Of a DNA stretch of 64,000 nt, positions 49,328 to 63,751 are shown in pieces (position 1 is the first letter of the stretch; each line of letters starts with the position of its first letter). The DNA comes from Fimicolochytrium jonesii (Eukaryota), in contig NW_026515671.1 of NCBI RefSeq assembly GCF_025526975.1, forward strand, positions 930,001 to 994,000, written 5' to 3'. The position numbers and the translations under genes were made by a program. Below the pieces are notes generated by a model, which had not been told where the DNA came from, did not search any database, and saw only the letters and a list, made by a program, of their open reading frames with translations.

Positions 49328-50062
49328 ATGGGATATGCTGGATTCGGGTGGGCAGACCGAGAGCCTCTAAAATGCAGAGATCTTTCGTAGAGGCGCCCTT
49401 CCCCGCCAACACGGTAGCTTAGCTTATGACATACCGCATATCAGACGTAGTTACCCCCATACCACCACATGTACTAGACTTGAAAATCACCCTATACGCA
49501 CGAGTGCCTTTACTTTTTGGGAAGTCTCTATCAGCTTTATGCCAACCGCAGCCCACAACTACACGTCACGTGCTTGTGGCCGTAATTTATAAATGTGACT
49601 ATGCCGCCAACTCTCTTATCTGATCTGCATGGTCTCGCAAATTACGAGGAAGAGTCATCGATTCCCATCCAGAATCGCTCGCCGGGACTTGGCCGAGCTC
49701 ATCAGCGGAGTTGGAAAAATGAAGATGGCACGGGCATCCAACGCCGCAACGGACAGGAACGAGATGAACTTTTTTTCTTTCCGGGCTCGGCTCCACAAGG
49801 AAGCAAGCGGCCCCAGCAGCGGAGTATCATTATGGTATACGTTTTGAAAAAGGCGCCCAAATAAATATAAGAGAATAAACACGAAAGGGGAGGGGGACGG
49901 TCTGTCTGTCTAATGAGGTATCAAGGTCCCGACGAAGGGGGCCTTCATTTACGGAGAGATGCATCCCAACTTGGTAGCGAGAGAAAAATGTCAAATAAAT
50001 GAACGTCCTATTGCGGGCGGGGGTCTCCAAAAAGGGGCGTGTTGGCTGGGCATTCGCACAGC

Positions 50063-50269
50063 TCAGTAATGGACCTCGGAAGCGACCTGCTTGGCGAGTA
50101 ATGCGGTGGCGACGAGGCCGAAGATGGTCGCGGGGCGTATACTGCTGCCGTTGTTGTTGCGGGAGGGATTGCTTCGTGCAGCAGCGACGACGGTTTCACG
50201 TTGGGATGCAGTTGATGCGTTGCGGAGGAAGGTGGGACGCATCGTGGAGAGGATTTGGCGAGCGTTCAT
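50063..50269 (-). CDS. Small (68-aa) protein with a mitochondrial-presequence-like N-terminus and one hydrophobic segment
   Basis: MNARQILSTMRPTFLRNAST... then TIFGLVATALLA; ACAACCATG context; TATAAAA about 155 nt upstream. Confidence 0.5.
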   Translation of the reverse strand: MNARQILSTMRPTFLRNASTASQRETVVAAARSNPSRNNNGSSIRPATIFGLVATALLAKQVASEVHY

Positions 50270-51690
50270 GGTTGTGTGTTTGTGATTTGTGATTTGGTAG
50301 GGTTCTGACGGTAGGTTGGGTCGTTGAAGACGTAACGATATAGAGAGATGTGCAAGTAGATCTGGTTGTTTTGGTTGGTTGGGTTGAAAGGAAGGTGGGC
50401 AACCTCGGCCCACCTCGCCTTTTATACCATTTCCGTGCGGTCCTCACCGCCGCACGTTTTGCGGTGTGGATGCTACGAGATCTGGAACTGGTTCCGCTGG
50501 CAAAAAAAAGCCTTCGGCGGCGGTATCGAGTGTCTGCGGGATCGTTGAAAGAACCCTTGGGCTGGGGTGCTCTTCGATTGTTACCCGTTCGGGGTCCGTA
50601 TCTACTTACTATCTGTCTAAAAAAAACTTGGTTATCATCATCATCGCATCATTAGATGGATCCTGATGAAAAGTTTCGGAACGCGGTGACTCACACGCAT
50701 CAACGCGTGCGCAGTCGCCCAAACGGGAACGGGGGTCCCAGCGCGTGTTGCTGTTTATGGACCGCGATCCCTCGCCTTGAAGCCATTTCCGATGACTCCG
50801 TGCCATTCTGGACATTCCCATATGCCATCTCCTGGACCCCTCCTTACCCCAAAACTTCTTTTTCACATGGAAAGGACGCTGTCCGAAAATAGTATCGGGT
50901 TTCCCTCGCTTTCAGATGCCACCTTCCGATCCAGACTCGGCGAAACATCAGAATTCAAAGAGTGCAAGTGAATAAACATCCGGAAGGTCCCGTTGAGTTT
51001 CGTCTGAGGCTTAGCGCCTCTGATTTCCGTCATCAGATCCTTCGAATGGAGGGACGGTCAAAATGTTGCGATACGTGCATATTCGCTTCCTTCAAGCTCC
51101 GTTCAAATCCGTTGTCCTTCCGAGAAACGTGTCCCTAATCGTATGCCAGTTGGTGGTTTGCACAACGTCATAACCTTCCCTACGGTTGACTGGTGACACT
51201 TGCCGCCCCCACAGCCAAAGCCTTTCAGGCACACTGCATGGTTTATATGCTTTGTAGTTTGTAGTTTTTGTTAGTTTTTTTCGTGGTAGGGTTGGTTGTG
51301 GTAGGAAGTTTTGGTGGCTGATGCGAGATGGACGTGCGAGATGGAAGTGCGAGATGGAAGTGGTGGGGTTGATACCCTTTTTGTGCATGGGAAGTGGTGG
51401 ATGTGCCTACGAACACGGGGAGTGGACCGAAATGATGCATTTGGAAAGGAATGTGGGAGTGTTTTTTGCACATGCTATGAATTTTGTGTATCTCGGTTAT
51501 CGCTATGCAGCTACACATAAGGAAAGGGGGGACATTTGGAGCGGGGCTGTTTCCCAACTGATCTACATACACCGGCGCAAATCGACAAAATAGGATGCGT
51601 GCATGCTATATCCTACCCTAACTACCAAAAATAATTCGCCAACCCAGCAAAGCCTCGTCGAGGGACTCAACCCGCCAACTCTTACGTCTC

Positions 51691-52779
51691 TTACGTCCTC
51701 CCACTCCCACTCCCACACCCCCTCTCCAACTCCTCCTCCTCCCGCGTCAACCTCCCCAACGCCGCCTCCGCCATAATCTCCCTCATCGGCCGACTCTCCC
51801 GTTCCCCCGTCTCCCTCCTCCCTCCCCCACCCAGCCTAAACGTGCCCCCCTGAAACGCCGGCTCATCCACCCTCTCCTCCTCGGGCGGGTTGTAATACGC
51901 GCCGCGAGTCCCCACAGTGCGCCCGTTGCTCAGGGCATCGCATTCAGCGTTGAGTTGCCGATTGAACGCGTGGAATTGCGCGTCGTGGGCGGAATGCACC
52001 ATATGCGCGAGTTCGTGGAGGAGGACCTTGCGGATGGTCCCGTAATGTCTGAACCCGTCCAAGTCGTTCGTGCGGAGCCGGAGTGCGATGGATTGGCCTT
52101 TGTTTTCGTTGTACCCCAATATCGTGCGTTCGGACGGGTGCAGTTCTTTGAGGGTGCCCACGCGCCATTTGTGGGTGGACATGATGTGTTTGATGGCGTG
52201 GTCGTTTGCGAGACGGGTGAGGAGGGCGTGGGCGAGGTTGTGGTCGGGGAAGGAGGGGAGGGCGAGGAGGGTGGTGAAGGTGTAAGTGGAGGAGGGGTCG
52301 GCGGGGGATGTGAGGGTGCTGATGCGGCTGCCGGTTGAGGTTGCTGCCGGTCGTCGATGTGATGATGATGCTCGCACGGCGGCTTGCTGTTGGCGGGCGG
52401 TACCTTCCTGAACGGCGGATATTTGCGCGGCGGAGGAGCCGATGAGGAGTAGCTTTGCATGTGGTTTCAGGCCGATGGTTTCGAGCGTTGCGTCTGGAGG
52501 GTAGGTGGATTTTCCTTTGAATAGGAGCTTTTGATTGGGTGGGGGTACGCCGATGGATGGGTGGGTGGAGAGATAGGATTTGAGGTCATCGAGGGGCGTT
52601 GAGAAGGGAAACTCGAGGGGGAGTGCTATGCCTTTGTAGGCGACTGTGAAGGGGATCATGCTGGGATCTGCGACGGTTGTTGGTATGGACGTGTCCCCGT
52701 TTCCAGCATTGCCGACACGGTGGTCACTCCCGAGCACCTCAGGCTTCGCTTCTGGTGCAGTGGGACTGCCAAGCGCCAT
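51691..52779 (-). CDS. Ubiquitin-like + WLM metalloprotease (Wss1-family)
   Basis: GVPPPNQKLLFKGK UBL; LGYNENKGQSIALRLRT, LLHELAHMVHSAHD (HExxH), FQGGTFRLGG. Confidence 0.9.
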   Translation of the reverse strand: MALGSPTAPEAKPEVLGSDHRVGNAGNGDTSIPTTVADPSMIPFTVAYKGIALPLEFPFSTPLDDLKSYLSTHPSIGVPPPNQKLLFKGKSTYPPDATLETIGLKPHAKLLLIGSSAAQISAVQEGTARQQQAAVRASSSHRRPAATSTGSRISTLTSPADPSSTYTFTTLLALPSFPDHNLAHALLTRLANDHAIKHIMSTHKWRVGTLKELHPSERTILGYNENKGQSIALRLRTNDLDGFRHYGTIRKVLLHELAHMVHSAHDAQFHAFNRQLNAECDALSNGRTVGTRGAYYNPPEEERVDEPAFQGGTFRLGGGGRRETGERESRPMREIMAEAALGRLTREEEELERGCGSGSGRT

Positions 52780-53733
52780 GTTTTGCAGGTTATTGAGCAC
52801 TATCGAGGTGAAGAATTTGGAAGTGTCGTGGATGGGGAGAGTGTCGGTCGACAGTGATGCTGAATATCCTTGACCGACAAAAGTATTTATAGATGGAGCC
52901 AGGAACTCTCTATCGACTTGAAGCCGTGGCTTAATACAGGGAACCTGGCCCTTTTTGTATCGTATCGTAGCGTTCGGGGTGGGGGTGGTTGTTGTTATTG
53001 TTGTTGTTGCAAGAAGGTGTGCGAAGGGAAGAGCTGCGTGGTTTGTCAGACTCGCCCATGTTGATTTGTCAGGGCTGCCACTCTCGGGACGCGTCGCTGA
53101 AGGGTCACATAGACGGCGGAAAGGGACGATGCAAGTGAACACTTTCGGACAACCTTCAAGTCGGCCCCAACAAGTCGATGACGTTGTCCACCGCGACAGA
53201 GGTCTTCTTGACATTTCAGAGTATGGAATGTATGTAATGGGGGAGGTCCTGCAAAGTCTGTCTTTCCATTTCAGTCAGCGAGAACTTGGGAGTTTGGCGG
53301 GGGGATTGGCAGCCACATAACCACTTAAATAACGGTACGGCCCCAACAATAAATGCATTGAGCGCGGGTCCCGGAGTCGCGGTACGCCGCCCGCCCATAA
53401 GTTATATATATAACTCATTTGCCAGTCATCACGATAGTCGGAGGGAGGGGGAGGCTTGCTGGAAATCGCTCACCAGGCTTCAGCGGCAAAGCAACGACTT
53501 GCCCTCGCTTGGAAAAACGCCCCACCTCCCCACCAGCAGCCTTATAATTACTTCCCACCCACCAAGTACATCCTCCTGCCCGCTGGACGGACGCACGGAC
53601 GGACGGACGGACCGCGATTCTTGCCCCATACACCCTCTTTTGGCCACCAGAAAACCCCGTGTGTCCTTTCCAGCTCGCCCGTCGAAAACGCCAACAACAG
53701 CGGGCATCACACACCCATCACACAGGATACGGA

Positions 53734-56700
53734 ATGGAGGACTTTCTGGACACCGAATACAAGCCTTCGCAGGCCACTCTAGCAAAATACCAGAGCTACA
53801 ACCCCTACTCTCCGGGTGGGAACGAGGCCGACCCCAAATGGCCGCCATATCAAGATACTAACCAACGCGAAAGGGAAACGAACCCTCTAGCTTTCAGCGA
53901 CTTTTCCACTCACGAGCACCTACGAAATGACAGCGACTTCTTTGACTGGCACAACGAAGCGCCCGACCATGATGCGGAACCGATACAAGAACATATCATC
54001 GCCAACGTCGCACCAGCAGTCGAAAGCGCTTTCGCCCAACGCCACCAGTCCGTCAGCGTAAACCTCTTCTCCCATGGCACCCTCCCCCTCTCCACAAACG
54101 CAGAAGCCGACGACGACAGCGACCTCTTTCAATCCACCCCATCAACCACCCGAGAAAACCACCGCCCAACTGGCCTCCCCAAAGACGTCATAACCTTCCC
54201 CATGATCGATTTCTACCTCCGCTTTATCACACATGACCTCACTCCAGAAACTCCTTACACGCATCTGCAGGCCAAATGCGTGCAGTATATGGCCATGAGT
54301 CGTGTGGCTGAAAGGGATCTGTGGATCTCGAGGGATTGGAATACGGTGCATATGACGAGTCGGGGTTTTAGGGTGTTGCAGGATTTGACGATTATGCGGA
54401 GAGTCACATGGGCTGTTACGAGGATTCAGGAATTCTGGAGGAGAAGAAACAGGAGGGTGACGGTCAGGAATCCACCGCAGGAGGATCGCGATGTTTTCGC
54501 ACCGGAGACTGAAACGCGAGAGAACCATCTCGCAGACGGGCAACCGGAAATCGCCGTGGAATACGCAGATTCCGACGGCGGGTCCTTCGGCGGTTCATTC
54601 GGCGAACTAGAAAACGACGAAGAGACCCGCGTAACACTCCAACGTCGCCGCACAAACGATTTCGACCGCTCAACGCACTTCAACACCGTCGAGCGCCTCC
54701 CCCAACCCACATCCCCACTACCCCCCACCATCCCAACTCTAACCCGCCACCAACGCTCCCACCACCTCAAACGCCTCTGGCAAATCTCCACCTCCTACAC
54801 CTCCATCCTGCACGCCCAAGACGCAATCGGCTTCCAACGTAACGACCGCGGCCCCTCCGAACCCGAACTCAAATTCATGGACCTCCTCAACGCCGACGAG
54901 ACCTACCAAACATCCAAAGACGTCCTCGACATGGACCTCAATGAAGACGAAGACGACGATGATAGATATTTCGGAGATATGGAGAATAAGGGCACCGTGA
55001 AGGTTTATAAGGATTACTCCCCGCAGGTCGTGAGGTGGATTCGCGAGACCTTATCCCAACAGGAGGGGGAGGATACCGCCGCGTATTACCACCACCCCTC
55101 CCACGCCAGCACCGACCTCATAACTCTCCTCCGCTCCGGGGACATCCTGATCCGGCTCTCTACGACCCTGTTCCCATCCACACCCTGCCACCTCCTCACG
55201 CAACCATCAACACACACGATCCATAAACTCGTCTTCTTTTTGGAGTTGGCGAAATTGGTGGGTGTGGAATCCGGGGATCTTTTTTCGGTGTGGGATATTC
55301 TGATTGATGCAGGGTTAGAGGGGCGGGGGAAGGGTGGGAGTGGGGGGAGGGCGGTGAGTTGTAAGGTGCTAAAGACGGTGTTGTTATTTGAGAAGTGTGC
55401 GAGGGGCATGGGAGGAAAGGGGGTCGAGTTGGTTTTGGAGGATGTGGGAGCTGAGGAGGAGGTGGTGGAACCGGAGGTGGTGGAAAACGTACCCGGAAAC
55501 GCCGATATCACGGATAGCGATAATGCAGATCGACAATTGCAGCAATCGGTCATAACGAGCAACGATCCGCCCTCGCCAACCTCGCCCACCCACCTCCAGA
55601 AAAACCACTCCAGCGACTCCCTCTACAATATGTACGCCTCCAATCGGTCGTCCACCGTCGCCATCCCACACCCCACCAGCGCGCTCCCTCACGACTCATC
55701 ATCCGAAGACGACGACACAACAACAGAAGCCTCTTTCGTCACCGCTGGCGAAGGTTATACCACCGAGGATGATTTCAAATCCATGAGGAGTCGGCTGTCG
55801 TCCGATGAGGAGGATGACGATAATGACGATAGTCTTGTTGCGCCGTTGGATGATCTCAAGTGGAATTTGGGCGGTGGGGCTATGGGTGGGGATTTGGCGC
55901 GGCCGGACCAGGATCACGGGAATGGCAGTGAGGGAGATGATGACGAGTCCGTTATGTCTGACGAGAGTGATGTTACTGTGAGAGGGGTGGATGCGAGAGA
56001 CGGGGCTGTGGCGGAGGCGAAGACTGGCGATGCTGTGGAGGTGAGGCGGACTGCTTACGGGGTCGATAGCGACGACCACGACGGACACACGTTCGAGGAA
56101 AGCGCCACCACCACACTCCCCCATGACGACGAAATTCCGAAACAGGACGAGGAGTCGACACCCTTGTTGAGCCCGACTGGATCGATCCAGTCGGATGAGA
56201 CGGCCGTGGTGGGTGATGAGGCCCCAGTACCAGCCGCGGAGACGACAGCGACACCGTCACATAGCATAGAACAGGAACCCGAACACTGGCGGTCCCTCCC
56301 CCCCATCGCCCCCCTCCCGCCCTACCGAACCCAAGGCCTCTCTACCCCCCGCACCTCCCCCCGCGACGAAACTTCACACCCGCCGACCCTCCCACCCCCA
56401 TCCACCCCCCAACCGCGCCCACATTTCGTCTCCCCACCCCGATCCCGAGCCGTCCCGGACCGCGCGATGGCCCGCCCGGTGTCCTTCGTGGCGTCGAGGG
56501 GCGGGAAGGGCGCGACGAGTGTGTTGTTGGAATTGGCGGGGGAGTTTGGGTATGATGAGATAGATGAGGAGGAGGGAGATGACGATAAGGATGCGCAACA
56601 AGCGCACAAACAACAGCAGCCTGAGGAGGAGGCGCAGAAGCCACAACAGCAACGACGCTCCGACGACCCGGCGGGGACGAATCGGAACAGCAGCGTGCGG

Positions 56701-58612
56701 ATCTCCCAATTCATCGACTCGCACCACCCCGACCCGATGAAACGCACCAGCACCCCCCGTCTGTCCCAATTCATCGACGCGGATCCCATGAAACGCACCA
56801 ACAGCGTGCGGATCTCGCAGTTCGTGGAACTCCCCACCTTCCCGAAACTCCCGGCTGCGGATGGGTCCTTACCCCGCCCGGATGTCGCCAGCAACGTGCC
56901 GCCGGGGATACATCTCATACCCCCGACACCGCCGAGTAAGACCGGGGATGCGCGCAACACAGGTGCAGAGAGACCGGATGGTGGTGCATATGGACCGGGC
57001 CCCACTCCGCCCCTTTCGCCCAACCGATATGGTGGGGAGGATATGGGACGAGCGGGGTTGAGGCGGTTGGAGGTGCATGTGCCGTTTGTGCCGCCGCCGA
57101 TGTCGCCGAGGAGTCCGGTGTCGCCGGTGGGGGCGGAGGCGGGGAAGAGGGGGAAGCTGCCGCAGGGGCAGCGCCGGCCTTCGCAGGAGATGGGCAAGAC
57201 GCAGCAGCTGCCCCAGCACCTGCGTCAGTTACCTCAGCGGGACCAAGAGCAGCGTGAGCGGCATGTTCTGCAACCTCAGCACATGCATCAGCCGCCTCGA
57301 GAGCCTCAGCAAGACCTGCAGCAGCGCGAGCGGCACATGCAGCAACCTCAGCACTCGCATAAATCACCTCGAGAGCCTCAGCAAGACCTGCAGCAGCGCG
57401 AGCAGCACATGCAGCAACACCAGCACCCTCATCAACCATCTCAGCAGCCTCACCAAGACCGTCAGCAGCCGCCACAGCAGCAACCTCAGCATCCGCAACA
57501 ACCACGAAAATTATCCAACCCACCACCACGCCTAGAAATCCCAGGCAGCAACAAGCCCAACCCAGCTCCGTCGACAAACCGCGAAACAGTCCCACCACCC
57601 TCCCCATCCCACGTCGTGAACAGGTACAGCCTCACGCCTCTCCCACCTGTAACCGTGCCATTCGCGCAGACCTCGGCCTCGAGAAGCCCAGCGCCGACCG
57701 CGGCGTTGCCTTCCCCGCCGCCTGTGGATGTGCGGCAGAGGAAAGGGAGTGTTACGGGACGGGGTGAGAGTGGGGAGGTTGGTGGAAGACGAGGGAATGC
57801 GCAGGGGAAGAAGAGGGAGGCGGGGGTTGCGAAGATGTTGTTGAGTGAGGTACGTAAAAAAGAATTACCTTTCTATTTGCTCACATGGGGGCATGTAACT
57901 CACCCCTGTCGATGTCTTCCAGTCAAACTTCGTCTACGACCTAACCCTCGCCGCCGAATTCCTCGAATACCTCACGCACACCACCCCAACGCCCACCCCA
58001 CTGACCTCCCACTACACGCGCGTGCACGCCGTCGTTCTCGACATGCTCGCCATCCACCGCGCCCTCCTCGACGCCCTCCGCCATGCCGCCCTCTCCTCCT
58101 CCCCAACGCAGTCAACCTCACCGAAGCAAAATACAAACGCCCTGGGCCAGGCCGTGCTTAGATTCGCGACGGCGGCTATCCCCGTCTACTCGAGCTACGC
58201 CGTGGCCATGCGGGACCAGCAGCTAGCGTTCGACACGGGCAACGTGGCCCTTCCCCCGGCCGTGATGCAGAATTTCCTGGGGATCGTGAAAGGCTTCAAG
58301 GGCCTGCCGGCACAATGGATCGACGGCCTCACCAGCGTGCCTGGCACCGACGGGGACGGGGAGGAGGCGTGGGCGAGGGCGTGCAAGAAGGTGTTTGCGA
58401 TCCCTGTGATTCGGTTGGGGCATCTGGCGCGGATGATGAGGGAGATTGCTCCGGTGCCGGTGCCGGCGGCCGTGCAGAGTGGGGGCGCGCCGACGCCGAG
58501 ACAGTCGCTTGGTGCGAGTATCCCGCCCGAAGTGCTGGCGGCGTTGAAGTTGCAGGGGTGTGCGAGGGCGATTGAGGCCGCTGCTGGTAAGGCTGCTGGT
58601 GTGAGTGGGTGA
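53734..58612 (+). CDS. Large low-complexity protein with a CH-like domain and a C-terminal DH(RhoGEF)-like region; intron 57850-57922
   Basis: WIRETL...LLRSGDILIRL...LFSVWDI (CH-like); IQEFWR IQ-like; splicing gives LLSESNFVYDL; Gln-rich repeats 57200-57500. Confidence 0.7.
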
Positions 58613-59267
58613 ATTGGTTGGCTCTGCTCTGGACAAGTAGACAACGGGATATACTCCCTCACGGCGTATCACGGTATATAGTCTACGATGGACTTTGACT
58701 GGTATATTTTACACCAACCCCTCCTCATAGCGCTGAATGTTCTTCATTGCTACGTACATAGACCCCCTTAGAGATAGATACCCCATCCTCGTGTATATTG
58801 GCCTGCACATTTGTCTCCGTGTCAATGGAAATGGGAGCTGGATCTCCTACAACTTCGATCGAGTTCACCCAACACAGTGCTAGCTTTGTTTGTCACCTGG
58901 TGCGATGTACATATTCTGCGTAGGGAAACAGGCCCGAATGATCAAGAACACAACACGGTATTTCTATTCGAGTCTAAACACCACATTGTGATCCATGCCC
59001 GAACCACTACGTTTTGAGTATCGCTCATAAAACCCATTTTCTTCAGGAGTCCGACTCATTCTCACGCTTCCCGACTTGTAAGTATTTGACAAAACCGGTT
59101 CAACCCCGTACGCTGTCCACACCACACTTGACCTCCTCTCACATCGTCACTTTTCCTTCACCTCACTTCCTTCGTGATGTACATACTAATCCCACCCTCC
59201 GTAACCCTCCCACGTCCCAAAACTCCTCCCCATAAATGCATCCCACGGATATCCGCCGCCCCGCCCC

Positions 59268-60403
59268 TCACACAGTGAGAGAATGGACGGAGGTCATGAC
59301 GGCCTTCCGGAGCTTGGTCAGCGACCGGCCCACCGACCTGTTCTTGCCTCCGATGGTCAGGATGCGCTTGAGGTTCTTCTTGAAGGGGCCGGGGCTGGCG
59401 GGGGCGACGGGGGTGAGGGGCGTCGACGGGGCGTGTTCGGTGGGGAGTGCGGACGTTTCTGGTTCGGCTGCTACCGCGAGGGTGTTACGTGCGTCGCCCG
59501 GGCGTTCGATGGCTCGTTCGTGCGTGCTTGAGCTGCTGCTTCCCCGCGACGCGGGCTCGCCGGCGGAGGCTTTGAGAGGGTAGTTTTCCGTCAGATCTTT
59601 GTCCTGTGCGATTTGATCTGAGATTTTGGCGGCCGAGCTGCTGCGGCTCATTGAGGCGGCCCCGTAGGAGCGAAGCATGAGCATGGTTGGGCAGGTCGTG
59701 GCGAGCGAGCCGTGTGACATGCTTCTGCGCGGGAGTGCGGGGAGGACCGTTGGACCGCCTAAAGTTGATCTTGGGCGACTGTCCGGTGTACTCTGCAGCT
59801 CTTGATGGAATTTCTCGAGGTTCTAGGATTGCAATTCCATTGCAAAGAATGAGGATAGCGAGTATGAGCGCCTTGAATTTACAACATGACTTTTACCTTG
59901 GTTACCGTGGTGGATAGGTACGCCAGAGTCTTTTCTTGAGTTTCCTACAAACACAGTCTATATCAGCATATGCGCGAGGAAGTAGGGCGGGTCGTCCAAC
60001 TTCTCGACGGCCCGGCGCCACTCACGAATTTGGTCTGCAAGTGTCCGATTTCCGCCGCCACCATCGAGCGGAACTGGATGACCTGCTCCTCCATCGTCTG
60101 GCGAAACCGCGCTGCTTCGGCTTGGAAGAATTCCCGTACTTCGGTCATTTCCGCATGCAGCGCTTTGGTCGCCTCAAAATCGGCGCGGACGGCGTTGAGC
60201 TCTGCTTTCGTGGCGCTGAGGGCACGGTCGCTTACGGCTTGCTGCTTCTTCAAACTACTTTCAAGTTCTTGGGTGCTTTGTCGAAACTCAGCAAACGCCT
60301 CTTGTTCAATCTTCAACTGGCTCTGCAGGATGGCGACTTGCACTCGCCTACCCATGCAGGGGCTGTTATCGCAAATGTCCTCTAACGGTGAATGAGCCGA
60401 CAT
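59268..60403 (-). CDS. Hypothetical coiled-coil protein, probably spliced
   Basis: Heptad-rich ORF 59963-60403 and a Ser/Pro-rich 3' ORF; junctions not resolved. Confidence 0.5.
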
Positions 60404-62110
60404 GTTGATATCGAGTAGTTTATATCTGTAAATTGGGGCTATGAAGTGGTAGTATGTCGTCGACTCGTTGTAGACTCGTAACGGGAGTGCTATGAGGACA
60501 AAGCTTGAAGGAATTTCCTACGTTTCGTGCGAGGGAGGGGAGGCACTTTGTAAGTGTTGGAACCTTCTTCGAGCAAAGATCACCTCAGCGGGAACTGTCA
60601 GCTGGGGATTTACGTCGCTTACGTCAGTTTCTGACAGCGCGACGCTCAACCTGTCGATCGGGGGTTATATGTCTAATTAGACATCTTGCACGTCATGCTA
60701 CTGTACGTATAGTGTCTATAGTGTTTCCACCGCTTCCCGAAGTCGAATCTTTGTTTCCATGACAGCGGCTCAGTGCTTCATAGTCCCAATGGCGGTGTTC
60801 TTTCCCCGTCGTCGGCAGTGCTCGGTGCGCCATCAATAGTCCTGGAAAATCGCTGCATGGTGCAATAAGTCCCCCTCCAAATCTCTCGCTTCAGGCAAGT
60901 AGTCGCCGGCAAGTTTCCTGAGATGATGAAAACTTTGCTGTAAATGATGAAGGCCCTGTCGCCGCCGTAGATGAAGAGAAACGTTTCGCGTTCTAAGCTG
61001 GTGCATTCGGTGTCGTTCAGTCAGACTTCAGGTGCAAAATGAATCGCTATTCTAGAATATATCGGCATGTAGCCATTGATAAACCGGATAGGTCGGATGT
61101 CTCAGCTCGGCTTCAGGGTTACCAAACGGTTGCACCTCGCTTGTTTAGTACGTCTAGCTGGAGACATATGTCGTTTACTGGCATGGACGTGTGTATCGTG
61201 CTAAATGTCCCTGTCCCAGTCCCACACGGTGCTTTACGCTTTTCTGATTCCAAACCGATTGTTGCGGTATATGACAGCATTGGCTAACTTACGCCCGTAT
61301 GTTTTTCAAGTGTACGAACGAGACGGAGGTTGCAGGGACATATTGAAGAGGATGCCTTTTGTCTTCTCGGGTTCCAGATCCCAATTGAACTATCCTCTGG
61401 CCTCACGGACGTAGGAGTGTCACCTTAGCTGTGGCTTCCGACCCCCCAAACTGATTTGAATCTTTCGGTCTCGCATAGCAATAAGCCCGGCCCCACGACT
61501 CTGTCCGGTTCCATAGGAGTCGCGAGGATAGCGATTTCGGCTCACAGACTTCATTTACTGTCGAATTTCTGTGGGAGTAATTCGAAACGTTCGAGAGGAG
61601 ATAGTGGTTGGTTTGAACGTCGCACGGTCGCTGGATATTCAGAGCTGTACTGATCGTTTCCATAGGAAGCTCAATCTTGCCCGGTTTTCGCGTCGTCACG
61701 ACCGCATCCCTTCGCCTCTTCGTTGAGATGTAGTCCACCCCGATAGGCTAAGGCTGTGGTCCCACTACTTCAAGCAGCGCGGAACCAGAAGTTCACGTCT
61801 TGATTGCCCTGGCGATGCTCATGTTCCTGAGGTTAATTCTCGACTCGCTTCAGAGAATCAGTCACACCCGAATCGGACTCCGACCGATGAGCGCGTCCCA
61901 CCCCGTGACGTCATTTGGCAAAACCTTGAAAGCTTGTTTGTTTCTCACGCGAGGCCGCGAGGGTTCCGTCGGCCACGCCGAAGGCTGGAAGGCTCTCAAC
62001 CGGCTCCTTCGACAATAAGAAGTTCGCAAACAGGCTTCGGCATTCGGAAGTTCGCTAGCTTCGTCGGCATCTCTCCTTTCACGGCGCTGCCAAGCCATTC
62101 CCAGGGCGCC

Positions 62111-63751
62111 ATGCCCTCATCACCACGGACCCACCCGATAGACATGCCCCAAGATGTCGCTGAAGATGGTGATACTACCCTTCGCGAAATTTCCCAGGCG
62201 CCACCCCAAGCCGCTCATCCGCTTCACCATGACCATAAAGCTGTCGAACCCCCAAAAGCCCGCTTCCACCCCGTTCAAGCCGCCCGCATTATTTACAGAT
62301 CCACGAGTACCATGTCGCGGCTCGCTAACCTCCTCTGGCCTCTGGCTCCCATTGGGATCATTTTGAGATTTGTGAGACCCGAATGGCATATCGCTATCTT
62401 TGTAGTCAATTATTTGGGCATGATTCCGAGCGGGAATTGGTTGGCTTTTGCGAGTCTTGAGATCAACGAGAAATTACCTAATGTATGTCTGCAATGGCGA
62501 TAGTGATATGAGTCGGCGGAATATTCCTTCACGCGACGCTGGGCTTCGAGAAAAAAAGCCCAGTGGAACGTTCTAGCCGAACGTTCTAATCCGTGCGGTT
62601 CGACAGGAGGAGTAAATACTAATCAAGCTTTCGAACACGTAGATTGTAGGCGCGACCTTCGAGACACTGATGGGCGCTATGGTCGAGCTCATCCTCTGCA
62701 TCCTCCTCCTCTTCCAACGGCAATACACCGTCGCCCAAGACGCCATTCTCGGGTCCATGTTTGCCAACCTGCTCCTCATTACTGGCTTCTGTTTCTTTGT
62801 TGGTGGCGTCAAGTACAAGCATCAGGATGTAGCCGAGTTTGTTACGGAGATCTCAGGTGCGGGGTTGCTGGCGTCGGCGTTTGCCATCATTCTGCCCAGT
62901 CAGTTCAGTTTGGCTGTCATGCCTGCGATGGGGCTTGGGGCGACGGAGGACTTGGTGCTGAAAGTGAGCCGGTCGGCGGCAGTGGGGCTGTTAATCTCTT
63001 ACGGCGGGTGAGTGAAGGGTTCATGAGTGAGTTGATGCAAGTCTTTTACCTTCGGTCATAACCGCTCACCCCGCTCCACCCAGCTTTCTAATCTACCAAC
63101 TCAAAACACACCGCACAACCTTCGACGCCGTCCTCTCGGCCGCCGAAGCAAAAGACACAGACCGCGAAGAAGAAGCCCGTCGGAAACGGCTCTCTTGGGC
63201 CGAATCCCTCGTCCTACTCCTCATCTCACTCGCCCTCGTCACCGCCTGCGCCGTCTTCCTTGTCGGAGAGATCCATCATATCGTGGAGCTGGGACATGTC
63301 ACAGAGCCGTTCATGGGCCTGATCCTCGTGCCACTGGTGGAGAAGGCTGCGGAGCACTTTACGGCCATTGATGAGGCTTCTGATAGTATGACTGAATTCA
63401 TCACTTTTGCTGCTTTACTGCAACCAAATACTGACCGACTCTCCCTACAAAACAGACCAAATGGACCTAGCCCTTTCCCACGTCCTCGGCGCAACCATCC
63501 AATCCGCGCTCCTCGTCGCGCCCATCGTCGTCATCGTCGGGTGGATAGCCAACCATCCCATGACGCTCCAATTCAACGGGTTTGCCTCGTTCGCCTTACT
63601 CCTCGCGGTCCTTGTCGTCGGCAGCTTTCTGTCAAACGGAAAGACGAATTGGGTCGAGGGTATGTTTTTGTTGTTGTTGTATTATATTTTTGCGGTGGCG
63701 GCGTGGTTTTATCCGAATGGGGCGGAGGTGGGCATCAGTGAGGGGCATTGA
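62111..63751 (+). CDS. Vacuolar Ca2+/H+ exchanger (CAX/Vcx1 family), multi-exon; start may lie further upstream
   Basis: AILGSMFANLLL, GLILVPLVEKAAEH, MDLALSHVLGATIQSALLVAP, GKTNWVEG. Confidence 0.9.

Noticed and set aside
52780..53214. N-terminal extension of the WLM ORF
   Set aside because: Non-ATG start with UTR-like composition; ATG at 52779 preferred
60450..61900. Short ORFs between host genes
   Set aside because: No recognisable motifs or consistent exon structure by eye
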